A DNA stretch of 64,000 nt from the human T2T-CHM13v2.0 reference genome, Homo sapiens: the NCBI RefSeq assembly GCF_009914755.1, contig NC_060942.1. One strand, written 5' to 3'. Positions 19,737-40,460 of the stretch are shown one piece after another; position 1 is the stretch's first letter; the number at the start of each line of letters is the position of its first letter. The notes under the pieces were generated by a model. The model saw nothing but the letters and a program-made list of their open reading frames with translations, did not search any database and was not told the origin of the DNA. The translations under genes were made by a program, and so were the position numbers.

Positions 19737-19857
19737 CTTTGCAATTAATGTCAGCAATCACTTCATTCCTCGCCATGGTCTCTAATAGTTGTCTTACTTC
19801 TTCAGCATTGCCATTTCTGGCGTGATGGAGAAGCTGTTGCTCCGCTTCTGTGTTCAT
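19737..19857 (-). CDS. OSBPL1A: OSBPL1A (ORP1L) exon 2, first coding exon, residues 1-40 plus 1 nt; exon spans 19737-19859 with 2 nt of 5'UTR
   Basis: Minus strand reads TTTAG|AA ATG AAC ACA GAA..., translating MNTEAEQQLLHHARNGNAEEVRQLLETMARNEVIADINCK-G. It ends at AAAG|GTAAAC (phase 1). Matches the recalled ORP1L N-terminus. Confidence 0.97.
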
Positions 19858-20039
19858 TTCTAAATTAAGAAAATAATAACATTGCTATTATTTAAGAACA
19901 TAATTAGCTTTTAGATATCACCTGCTAATACAGAAAGGGGAAAGAATCCTCATTTTGCAGCTGATAAGACAGACACAACAACTGAATAAATCCGTTGCAG
20001 GGTGAGAACTTGAGCCTGAGACCCCTTGCCCTTCCTATT

Positions 20040-20200
20040 ATTATTGAAGCAGTACAGGAGACACTTGGGCAAGTCTCTTAACTTCTTAAGGCCTTAGTTT
20101 CCTCATCTGCAGAATACAACCAACCGCATAAGCTGTTTGTTGTAAGATTATGTATGTGAAAGCATTCTGTCAAATACATAGTATTATGCAAATAGTTATT
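20040..20200 (+). mobile_element. MIR
   Basis: Core motif TTGGGCAAGTCTCTTAACTTCTTAAGGCCTTAGTTTCCTCATCTG. Confidence 0.7.
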
Positions 20201-21279
20201 ACATTAAAAATTAGACATAAAAGGAAAAAACAAAATTAGAGATAAAGTCAAAGTATGACTTTATTTCCTATATGACCATTCATATAGGAATAGTGTAAGA
20301 CTAACATGTAAACTAACACATTCAAAACTGTGCAAAGAATCATTCTGAATAGAAACTCATTATAGATAAATGCCCTGAAGTGGCTATATGTAAACAAATT
20401 TATTTTTTCTGTCACATTTTCTTATCAAGCCCCAAACCAAATATAGAAAATTACAACCAAATTTCAAGCATTTATGTCAAAATGAGCAAATATTACAAAT
20501 AGCAATTCCCAGAAGTATGTCATTCTTACTAATAATCAAATAAATAAAAATCATTCAAACACAAGTGATATTTTTCATGCCCATTGAATTAGCAAAAATA
20601 AAAAAAGACAAGAAACAATGCTGGCATGGGCAGGAAATAGCACTCCTGTAGACTGCTAAAATGAATATAAATGCATACAACCTTTCATACATTACAGGTG
20701 GAGATCAGCAATTTGGCAATATCAAATAAACTTCAAAATTCATATATACCATTTACTTTGTCTAGGCAACTCTATTTCTAGAAATCTATCCTGCAAAAAC
20801 ATTTACACAAGATTTTTATTTCAATGTTTATTTTTCCCCTCACTTTTGCTGTCATCTTATACAAGATTATTTTGAAACCATGCTTATAAAGATTACATTA
20901 TTTGTAATAGTGGAAAAGTTAGAAACCACTCCATGTCATCAACAGGGGACTGGTTAAATACATCTTCCAGTGAGGCTAAAAGAGATGGGCTGTATAGGCT
21001 GGTGACTGGATGGGTTTTGAAGGCATGGTTTCAAAACAGAGCAGAGCAAACAGCTTGTCTCCAGCCCTCTTGCCCTAATCGGCATTTCTTATGCAGGCAA
21101 GCCAGGCTTTACCCTCTATGAGACTTAGCTGGTTATATTCCCTAAAGTACAAGAGAGACACCAGGAGGTCCCAGCAAGTGGTCAAGCCAGGCAAACCTTA
21201 CAATGAAGTTAGCAGTCAACAGGGCCCACCCACTCTCTCAGTTTTCAATCAACTTTCTAGCTCCCCACTCTTAAACATG

Positions 21280-22680
<1,401 letters not shown>

Positions 22681-23355
22681 TGTGGGCCTGGCCTAGCTCT
22701 TATCCATATTTGGTTTATCTGGCCCACACGCTAAGGATGTTTTGCTGCATGTCCAGCTGAGGGTCCTAATTCCACCCCTCAGAAGTGTTCTCCTTTCACC
22801 CACACCTCAGAAATACCTGTGAGCTCAGAGGCAGAAAGTGAAGAGCAGCCTAATCCCCCAACAAATTCCTGGATCCAGGATCCCACATCTGGTCCCTTCT
22901 ATAGCCCTACCAAGCCACCAGCCTGGCTAAGGCCTGTTTCCAGTGCTCGCACAAGGCCTCGCTCAGTAGCTTCCCTTTGAAAGAGCTCTTACAGGCTGGG
23001 AGCGGTGGCTCACGCCTGTAATCCCAACACTTTGGGAGACTGAGGCGGGTCTATCACCTGAGGTCAGGAGTTCGAGACCAGTCTGATCAACATGGTGAAA
23101 CCCCGTCTCTACTAAATGCAAAAAAATTAGCCAGGCATGGTGGCACATGCCTGTAATCCCAGCTACTTGGGAGGCCAAGGCAGGAGAATCACTTGAACCC
23201 AGGAGGCGGAGGTTGCAGTGAGCTGAGATTGTGCCACTTCACTCCAGCCCGGGCAATAAGAGCAAAATTCCATCTCAAAAAAAAAAAAAGAAAAGAAAAA
23301 AGAAAAAGTAAAAAGCTCTTATAAACTCTGCAGGAAGCCAAACCCAGGCTCAGGC

Positions 23356-23796
23356 TGTTTAAAGAAAAAATTATTCAGTGATACTCGTTAAAGCATGAAA
23401 GGAAAGACTTTATTCAGGACCCCCGTGGTAGTTACAAGGACCACTGCAAGAGAGTCCTGCAGTGGGGAAGAGAGCTTGAGCTCAACTCTGAATACAGCAA
23501 GGACAAGTGGGATTATAGCCAAGGAGTAGGGTCAGGGTCAGTGGGTGGAAAAGTACTCAGAGGAAACATCAGGGGCAAAGGGGATTCTGGGTAAACCAAA
23601 CTAACAGGGTTGTTGCTGAAGACAGGCCAGGGTGGTCAGACACCACCTGGGGGATGGTGGAAGATGAGGAACCTGATCAGATATCAAGGGTGGAGGGTTC
23701 TTGCTAAAACCGGATTTTACAAGGAAGTGCACAGATGGACCTAACAGAAGGTTCAGAAGTCTGATTAAAGTTTGGCCAAGTAAAGAATCTCTGTCA
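23356..23796 (-). mobile_element. MER31A-like ERV1 LTR
   Basis: Minus strand begins TGACAGAGATTCTTTACTTGGCCAAACTTTAATCAGACTTCTGAACCTTCT, with TG...CA termini. Confidence 0.65.
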
Positions 23797-23995
23797 TGAC
23801 TCAGAATCTTATTTTCAGAGTAAATTTCTGGGGGAACTTCATCTAACAGTGATTGTAATGCCCTTTCTTCAGTTTGCTAATCAGCTTTTATATTAATCCC
23901 CTCTGCATTCATTCACCTGTTAAAATATCTAATATTTTTAAAATGTTAGCAATATTTATATTCATTGTAGCATTATTTATAAAGAAAAAAAATCA

Positions 23996-27730
<3,735 letters not shown>

Positions 27731-28662
27731 TAATTTAAATAGTGGGAGTTATCATCATATAAGTGGTCATTAAAATCAATGGAATAAATGAGAACCCTCA
27801 ATGGGAGAAAAGCAACATTTATTTAAGGCAAAGGAGGCCAGGGAAGAGGAGCTGGCAAAAAACGACCAAGAGTGGAGAGGGGACACAGAAGAGGGTGGCA
27901 GCAGCTGAAACCAAGGGAGGAATGTGTTTCAGGGAATGGGATGGGTACGAAAGAAAGGGCAAGAAAGACAAGGCCTGAAAACACCAGCTGCTTTGGCAAA
28001 TAGAAGAAGGCCACTGACGAGCTCCAAGAGTATCTCCAGTGGAATTCAGACAGGCAAAAACATAGGTTTTGGTAAACAGAGGAGTGAATGGGGGATAAAA
28101 AGGAGACTGCACCAGACTCCTTTAAAGCAACTTCCTTCTGAAGAGAAAGTAACAGCTTCACTTTTAGGATATTAGACACCTGGGCATGTTTAAAGATTGT
28201 AAGGCAAGAGCCAGGAAGAGAGGCAAACCTTGGTGCTGAGGAGCTGAGGAAGAAGAGAAGCCCAAGAGAAGGATGGCCCTGAAGCCCAAGAAAGCACTGC
28301 ACCAAGGCTGGCGGGCAGGAAAGACGGCAAGGATCATGATGAGGATGGTTAAGGGGCAGGGAGCCAGGGGGAGAGCTCCTATCTGATGACTGCCAATTTC
28401 CAGAATAAGAAAAGGGACAGATTTGTAGGTGCCTGAGGAGGAGAGAGGACTCTTCCTATAAGACAGGATGGTAGGAGAGAAAAAAAATGGGTCACGGGGT
28501 CAATACAGTCATAGAGATTGTTTTATTGTTTTTAAGAAAGAGAAAGGAACAGAGCCAGTTAAATTTCACCAAGAAAAGGAAAAATCAACAACTCACCTTG
28601 CCTTGTGCCTAAAGCCCACAGATATCAGTTTTAAGACAGGCATTTGACTAAATCATATTCTT

Positions 28663-28757
28663 AAAGCAATTTGGACATTCTCTCATGTTCAAAGCAATTA
28701 ATACTACATATTCCAAGCAATTTGACACTACATGTTCAAAGCAATTGACATTACATG
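28663..28757. repeat. Degenerate minisatellite, about 24-bp unit x4
   Basis: Four units resembling AAAGCAATT(T)GACACTACATGTTC. Confidence 0.8.
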
Positions 28758-28979
28758 CATCAGAACTAATTTAGTTGTGCAGCCCAACCACACTCTAAAG
28801 ATTTTCTGACTATGAAACTTTAGACTTAACCAAACAAGCAATACCTAGAGGATAAATTCCAAAATGCTAACAAGCATTTTCACTGCTTTTCCCTTATAAT
28901 CTTTTATAACTTTAGAAAGGAATGGCAGGGGTGGGGAGGAGACTGGCACCTTCTCTTACCTCCTCTTGGAAATGAGTTA

Positions 28980-29093
<114 letters not shown>

Positions 29094-29280
29094 CTATCAA
29101 GACCCCATCTTTACAAAAATACAAAAATTAGCTGGGCGTGGTGGCATGCGCCTGTAGTCAGTTACTCAGGAAGCCGAGGTGGAAAGATTGCTTAAGCCAG
29201 GGAGGTCAAAGCTACAGTGAGCCATGATTACACCATTGCACTCCGGCCTGTGTGACAGAGTGAGACCCTATGTCAAAAAC

Positions 29281-29410
29281 ATATATATACTTTTTTGAAA
29301 TATATTTATTTCAAATAGATATCTATTTGAAATATATTTGAAAAATATATATTTTTGAAATATATATATTTCTGAAATATGTATTTTTGAAATACATATA
29401 TAGATATTTC
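29281..29410. repeat. AT-rich palindromic low-complexity tract
   Basis: Repeated TTTGAAATATAT units and a perfect 28-bp palindrome at 29307-29334. Confidence 0.85.
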
Positions 29411-31011
29411 CTGCACTGCTGGAGTGCAGTGGCACAATCAGCTCACTGCAGCCTTGACCTCCCAGGCTCAGGTGATCCTCTCAACTCAGTCTCCCGAGTA
29501 GCTGAGACTACAGGTGCACACACCACCATGCCCAGCTAATTTTTGTATTTTTTTGTAGAGGCAGGGTTTCCCCATGTTGCCCATGCTGGTCTTGAATCCT
29601 GGGCTCAAGCGATCCACCTGCCTTGGTCTCCCAAAGTGCTAGGATTACAGGCATGAGCCACCATGCCCAGCCCAAAAATATTTTTTTATAGCAAAATACT
29701 TTCCCGGTGGCTCTAACACCCAGGCACAATAGCACAACTCCAGAAATATCTGTAATTTAAAAATTGAGAAAACCTCCTAAAAATGACAGCAATACTAATT
29801 AGATCATTATAATAAAATGATCTTTATATTCCTTTCAGCTACACTACAAAGAAAGAAACTACTAATAAAATGTTTCAAACCAAGGAATAAAGCCATTCAT
29901 CACAATTTTTTTTAAAGAGATGGGGACTCGCTTTGTTGCCCTGGCTGATCTCAAACTCCTGGGCTTAAGTGATCCTCTATCTTGGCCTCTCAAAGCACTG
30001 GGATTACAGGCATGCGCCACTGCACCCAGCCCACAATTTCTTTTCTCATCTAAGAACCATCCACTAAATGTGGACTGAAAGTCCACTGCTGTCTATGTAG
30101 ACTTGAATATCTAGAATGCCCATGAGTATCTGAAACCTTAACCCTTAGGTGAACATTCAGGTAGTTATCCCACCATCAGGTGTCCAACATGACAGCCACC
30201 AGAAGCTGCAGTTTCCCTGTTGCCACCAGGCCTGCATCGCCTTCCCTAATTCTAATACCACACAAGGGGATGAATCGATAGCCAATGACTTGAAGGCTTA
30301 CCACATTCTAGGCATTGTTCTAAACTCCGATGCCACTAATGAATAAAACCAGGCCTTACACTAGGAGAACTTTTAAATGTTATAAGGAAGACAAGTGTAC
30401 AAATAAACTACTATCCACATTTCTGGAGAGTGGTCTGACTTGCTCTCTCCATCTCCAATATCACCTAGAGCTCCTTGATAAGTCCTCATGGCAACCTGCC
30501 ACAATACATGAGTCTACGGGTATCAGTGTGGTCATTTATTTTGCTGTCCCTAGACTGTAAACTCGATGAGAACAAGTGCCTCGTGTCTATTCTGTTCCCC
30601 TATTATATCCCTAGCAAGGTGCCTAGAACACAGTAGGCAACCAAATATTAGTTAACCGGATGGATGGATGGGCGGATGGATGAGGACTTAGTCCTTTGAA
30701 AACAAAGTAATCCAGTCTCCCTGTAGGGAGGTCTACAGGCAATGCCTTACAAAAGGTACATCTAGTGACATAAAATTAACAGTTTTTTTTTTCTAATAAG
30801 CCATGGGAAACACATTTTTAAAAATTTGTACTGCCAGACCCAGTGGCTCACACCTGTCTGTAATCCCAGCATTTTGGGAGGCCAAGGCGGGCGGATCACC
30901 TGAGGTCAGGAGTTCGAGAGCAGCTTGGACAACATGGCGAAACTCCGTCTCTACTAAAAGTACAAAAATTAGCCAGGCGTGGTGATGGGCACCTGTAATC
31001 CCAGCTACTCA

Positions 31012-31116
<105 letters not shown>

Positions 31117-32037
31117 TCAAAAAAAAAAAAAAAAAAACCAAAAATAACAAAAAAGGGAGAAATTGTTTAAAACACCCCCCTACAGATTGAGGTTGATAAC
31201 TACTTTCTTAATTTGATGCATCTTTAATTCGTAAACTATTTAATTTCCATTAATTTCTGACTAAAAGGTACATTTAGAAGAAACTTCAAGATTGATTTTT
31301 TAAGGAATCATCTAAATTCATATGTTGAACAGATTTTTTAAAAACATTCTTCCAAATCATGAGAGCTTATTCCAGAAAAGCGCTTTGTCTCTGATGTTTA
31401 AGCCAAAAGAAGAAGATAAGCATTCCCAAATGCAGCTGGTCACAATGGATTGCAGCCATTTCTATCAGCGCACATGGTATTTTTCAAGACCACTTTTCAG
31501 CTGCTCTTCTCACATTCACGCAATTCCAAGCTCTGTTTTTAGATTAATGAGATTTTCATGGCCATGAGAATGTTTTCCAGGAAATAATTAGATGGAAAAC
31601 ATTTTGAGCTTCAAAAATCAGGAGATAAGAGACCATTTTTGCCTTATGTTTTCTCTCCTCCAAGGTCCACTAGGGAAAGTTAGACTTCTAATTTTTAAAT
31701 TCTTTTGAGGAAAGAAAATTTATATTTTGTTGCCTTATAAATATCATAAAATTACTTAAACTGGTGACCATACTTGATAGTCTATGCCACTGAATCCCCA
31801 CTTAATATAGTAGATAAGTTCTATGGCCCCAACAGTTCTGAAATATTGACAAAGATTTTAAAACTTAACAACTCCAAGGGCGATGACTTGTTAAATTTGG
31901 TTGGAGTCTATTATTTTATCATTTGAACTGCTTGCTACTTTTCTTTAAAATTCCAGCTTAATATATACAGAATTGGCCAGGTGCGGTGGCTCACGCCTGT
32001 ACTCCCAACATTTTGGGAGTCCAGGGAGGGCAGATCA

Positions 32038-32379
<342 letters not shown>

Positions 32380-32504
32380 TTAACAATGTGCCCTTTTCAG
32401 GAATAGTGTTCTTAAAGGTATTAGAAAAGTTAAAATCTCAGACATCCAGGCTCAATTCACCTAGTCATACATATAACAACATGCAACTGTAAATCTTAAA
32501 ACAT

Positions 32505-33750
<1,246 letters not shown>

Positions 33751-33895
33751 AGGCCAGGTGTGATGGCTCATGCCTGTAATCCCCACTGCTTTGGGAGGCT
33801 GAGGCAGGAGGATAGCCTGAGACCAGGAGTTTAAGACCAGTCTGGGCAACACAGCAAGACCCCAGTCTCTACAAAAAAAAAAAAAAAATTAATTA

Positions 33896-34039
<144 letters not shown>

Positions 34040-34081
34040 TTAAAAAACAAACAAACAAACGACAACAACAAAAAAACCTAA

Positions 34082-34707
<626 letters not shown>

Positions 34708-34969
34708 TGATCTGCCCACCTCGGCCTCCCATAGTGCTGAGATTACAGGCGTGAGCCACCACACCCGGCCCTATACTCTAATAAAGACAAAGGGAGACTA
34801 TTCAAAAATTATTAAAAATATATGTTGCGATTAGTTTTTAAATTCTCAGATACTGATTTTATGAATGTTACATTAATATTTAAAATACATTGTATGCTAG
34901 AAATTTGAATGAGAAAAATTAAATGTCTATGAACAAACACATCCTATAAACTAAATCTTAAAAACATAA

Positions 34970-35386
<417 letters not shown>

Positions 35387-35729
35387 TAAAAACATGGCAA
35401 TGGCAAAAAAAAAATACTTATTTGCTCTAACTATGATTAGTTGCTAGCAATCAGTAATTTCTCTGATGCAATCATATACCTACATGTATGTACATGTGTA
35501 TACATTATGCACACATGTGCATAGATACACATATTATGTATACAGAAAACTGACATTTGTGATGACATAAACAAATGCATTTTTTGCTTGTTTTAGAAAC
35601 TGAACATTGGTAAACGAATTCATTAATCTAACACTCTGATTCTAGAGCTGAAGCAACTGAAAAGCCCAAAGGCAAAGTTACTTGCCAAGTATTAACAGTA
35701 GAGTCACAGCCAGAATGTAGAAGGGGTGA

Positions 35730-36063
<334 letters not shown>

Positions 36064-39000
36064 ATTGCTATGTATTTTATAAAATTCAATTCAGCTGCAA
36101 AAGTTAAATGCCATTGATTCTCATTAGTGTTCCTGTGTAAGCACTGAGGAATTTGAATCTGAATTATGTTTTGAGTGCCTCATTTTAAAAAGCTTTATTT
36201 ATTAACTGAAAAGAATACCTAAAACATGGCAATTTAAGGAAAACAGGAGCAAATTATAAAGCCTATTTTGGGAAGCACTAACCTGTATCGTTTTAAGTTA
36301 TAAGACAAAATTTTAATCACTTAATTTTTAATTCAGTGAAACTTTTTCTCTAACTTCCTCAATAAGTTTTTGTGCCCTAATAAAAAGCATTCATCTCCCA
36401 CAGGAGAAATGATGGAGAATTGGCCACAATTATGTGTCATCTAATGGTTTATAAAGCATTGAAATCATAAAATGTTTATACCAAATTATTATTTACTTTA
36501 TATTTGATAAATTTACATTACCTTCTCTTATTCATATCCATTCCATACCCACACCAACTTGGATACCATACGGACATAATAAAAAACCAACCATATCACC
36601 AGGTATTTATCTTACCCATATTCGGTTGGAAATTTTAATGTTTCTTAAAATTAGTAAAAATTAAATAAGCTTCATAGCTTTGCTTAATGAAGTTGTTTAA
36701 AATAACTTTGGTGCTATAATTTTAGCTGCTTTAACAATTAAGCACTAATTCCTAGATGCACCCCTGATTTGAACTTCAATTTGACAGATTCTGAAAACTA
36801 TTTACTACTGTTTCAAAACAGAGCAGGTATGAAGAGCAGAGAACCCTACAAATTTAACAAATCAAGTTTAGTAATAAAAATCCTAGCAAGGAGGCTGATT
36901 GTTACCTTTTAATGACAAAATTCCCTAAATTTTAGAAAAATGCATTAAAATTTTCCCATTTCAATTATTTCACATTTGAAAATTATCTTTCAAACTCAAT
37001 TAAACTCATGTATAATAATACTGACCATTTATGCATCACAGAAATACCTCTTTAAAGAAAAACTTTAAACACAAAGTAAAAACATGTGGTTACTTTCCAT
37101 TGTCACATGATACGAAATTGTACAGTTAAAGACTGCTTTCACTATACAGTAATTTCCTACTTGCAGGCTGATAAATAAAAGTAAAGTGAGCGACCTAGTT
37201 TATCTTCCTAGTAATAGCATTAAAACTATTTCTTATACTAGCCCACCTCACACAGCCCCCTTAATACTGACAGTACCAACACAGAATTAGTGGCAGAGGC
37301 CACGTGAGGAAAAACATTTCTAGAGACCAAGAACATCACATAAGATACTTATATGACACCACAATCATAAATATACATACACTATACAGATTACCTGACA
37401 GTGTCTTTTCTTAAACTTCATGAATTGTTAGTATAAGCTGGTGACTGCAGTGCTAAAACCTGTCCTCTTTCTAGGAAATTCAGAGAACTTGCTAGGTCAT
37501 CAAAAAAGCTCTGATTGCCAAAGTTCAGACTCAGCTTGGAAGAACTGACAAGGTTCTGAAGGATATCAAGTTTCTCACACGCACTTGATATCATATTCTC
37601 TCTTCTCCACTAAGTTATTCATTTGGCTGATTTCTACTTTCTGCCTACTACTTTTCTCAATGAAAACATATGATGTATAAAAGCTCAGCTTCCAGTAATG
37701 TCAAGAGGTAAGAAACTGACACAGTTCCACTTAAAAATATTATGATCAGATATACAGATGTATCTCTGAGTAAAATAAAGCCACAAGGAGAAAATTTGTA
37801 ATGTATTAATATTTAACCGGCATTGTGCCATGTTATTACTCAAAAAAGACTGGCTGTATTCTTCAACCTAATTGTCGGTTCTAAAACAGTATCATTTCCC
37901 CTTGTTTTGAGGAAATGATGGGGAGAATTTTTTTTTTCTTTTTTTTGTGAGACGGAGTTTCGCTCTTGTCGCCCAGGCTGCAGTGCAACAGCACGATCTC
38001 CATTCACTTACCATCTCCGCCTCCTGGGTTCAAGGGATTCTCCAGCCTCAGCCTCCCAAGTGGCTGGAATTACAGGCGCCCACTACCACGCCCGGCTAAT
38101 TTTTGTATTTTTAGTAGAGACAGGGTTTCATCATTTTGGCCAGGCTGCTCTCGAACTCCTGACCTCAAGTGATCCGCCCGCCTCGGCCTCCCAAAGTGCT
38201 GGGATTACAGGCGTGAGCCATGGCACCCGGCCAGGAATACTTTTATAGAAATAATATCTGTGGCTCACACCTGTAAATCCCAGCACTTTGGGAGGCCGAG
38301 GCAGGCGGATCATAAGGTCAGGAGTTCGAGACCAGCCTGAACAACATGGTGAAACCTCGTCTCTACTAAAAATACAAAAATTAGCCGGGCATGGTGGCAT
38401 GTGCTTGTAATCCCAGCTACTTGGGAGGCTGAGACCGGAGAATTGCTTCAACCCGGGAGGCAGAGGTTGCAGTGAGCCTGAGATCGCGCCACTGCACTCC
38501 AGCCTAGGCAACAGAGCGAGACTCTGTCTCAATTTAAAAAAAAAAAAAAAGAGACAGAGAAATCATACCTGACTGCTCTGAATCAAAGTCGGCTACAATA
38601 ATACATGCAAAAATGAGCAGCCTCCAGAGAGAAGAATTAGCCACCCACCATAAGTTTCTGCTGATTCACAACGAGATATTTAGCAAGTATCATTTTCATA
38701 AACAACCTTCACAAAATACTAAGATAACAAATGTTTCAGATTAATCTACTCAAACTTTGGCAGTTAACTCCTATTTTGACTATCCGTTGCTCAATGCTGG
38801 AGAAGAGTTACACTGCCTGGGAGAAATGAAAAAGAATAGTTAAATTTTAAGAAAGGAATGTTACTGACAGTTTTCTCCTCTTTTCCCCCTATAAACTGTA
38901 GACAAAGCCCACCTAGTGGTTTAGAATTAGGGAATTAAAAGGTGGATTTTGTTACTATGCTGTAATTAAGAAATCTTCACAATTCCAGCTTGGGGTGGGG

Positions 39001-39689
39001 AGGGAGGGGGGTGGTTCAGAATTTATACCTATCAAACTGCTGCAAAAAATTCATTGTATCGGGGTTAGACTGCAAATACTTCTACCCCTCAAAACGAATC
39101 TGCAAATTATTTCCCAGATGCTGAGTAAAGAGGTGAGGAGGTTCCAAACTCCAAATCCAGAATGCACCTATTACAGGGCAAAGACTGAAGTTTTCAGGGA
39201 AAACACATCACCGATTTTAAAGCTGATTTAATTATATTATTAACTATTCACAGACACCTAATAGCCACATTTGCAACATTCAAGCAACCTTATTTAAGCT
39301 AAGAATATCACACTGCCCACAGTTCCATTTCACAATACCGTCTGCCTAAAAACGACAACTTGAACTGAAAACTAATACTAAATCAGAATAACCCTTTTCA
39401 ATGCCTCCTGCCAATCATTAGGGCAGCGGGATAAGTGAATTGTTAAAGTCTATTGTGCAGCTGCGCTCTCATTCAGTTTCAGAATCTCCCTTGGATATTC
39501 GTTCATGCTTGTAGAACCGACCACGCGGTACATTGGGAAACGGTCACATGAACAATGCGTGACTTCCATTGTGCATCAATCCTCCTCTTGTTAGGAGGAA
39601 ATTAAAAAGTCACATGGACACACGAAAGTACCGAGAAGGCACGCAGCTGAAGATCTGGTAGGGGATGCATGCGGCACCAGCATGGTCGT

Positions 39690-40460
39690 GGCACCCGAGT
39701 GGGAAGTGCAACAAACGCCAACATCTTGTTACTTTTAACGCCTAACTTCCTGCAGCGCTGGAGCAGCCAGCGGCCGCCGGGAAGCCGAGCTCGGCTGCAG
39801 CCCTGCGTCGCCGCGCCACGACCCGACCATCCTCTGAGACGCCCGGGACGGGAGCGCCCACCCCCAACCAGGCGCGGACAGACCTCCCGAGCGCAGCCCG
39901 GCGGGAACCCGTCAGCGCGGGAACCGGCCTCGAACTCCAGGCGTGGACAGCCGCGAGAAACTGACCTACGCGGTCACCCGGGCTCCCAGAGCTCCCGAGG
40001 CGGTGGCCACGACCCCAGGCTTCCCGTCCGCCCGCCCCACGTCGAGGAAGTGGTCGTCACCAACTCTGGCTGGCACTCCCCGAGGACGCTCGAGCCCGCG
40101 TAACGTCTGTCTCCGGGACCCGGCGCCGGGACCACGGCGGAGCGCGAGGTGGCGCCGCCCCTCCCCGCAGCCCGCCCCTGGAACGCGCATCCTCCTGGCG
40201 AGCTGGCATCCCTCCCGACACGTGACCGCAGCGGGGACACGCCCGTTCCCCGCCCACTCCCCGCCCCTGCCTGGCCTGCCCACGCCCCCGGCCCGCTCCT
40301 GTCCCGCCTGGGCCACCGGCGCTGGTTCCAGGTTTTGCCAGCTACTAGGGACGCGTAAAGCCTTCGCGCTCCTCCCACCACACCCCGAGGGAAGAAGTGG
40401 CAGGCCTTACCCGGAGACTACAAGGAACCGCCCGTGTGAGCCAGTGGAAGACTCGCGTCC
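39690..40460. promoter_or_regulatory. CpG island / TATA-less promoter of OSBPL1A
   Basis: Very high GC and CpG density in unique sequence. Sp/KLF boxes (CCCGCCCC at about 40171 and 40260, CCCACGCCCC at about 40279) and E-box CACGTGAC at 40219-40226. Confidence 0.9.
39966..40150 (-). other. OSBPL1A: OSBPL1A non-coding exon 1 (donor and TSS approximate)
   Basis: Exon 2 begins at an acceptor, so an upstream exon is required. The only non-LTR CpG island is here. The best minus-strand donor is GTAG|GTCAGT (last exon base 39966), with alternatives at 39970 and 39978. The TSS is inferred from the GC boxes just upstream. Confidence 0.7.
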
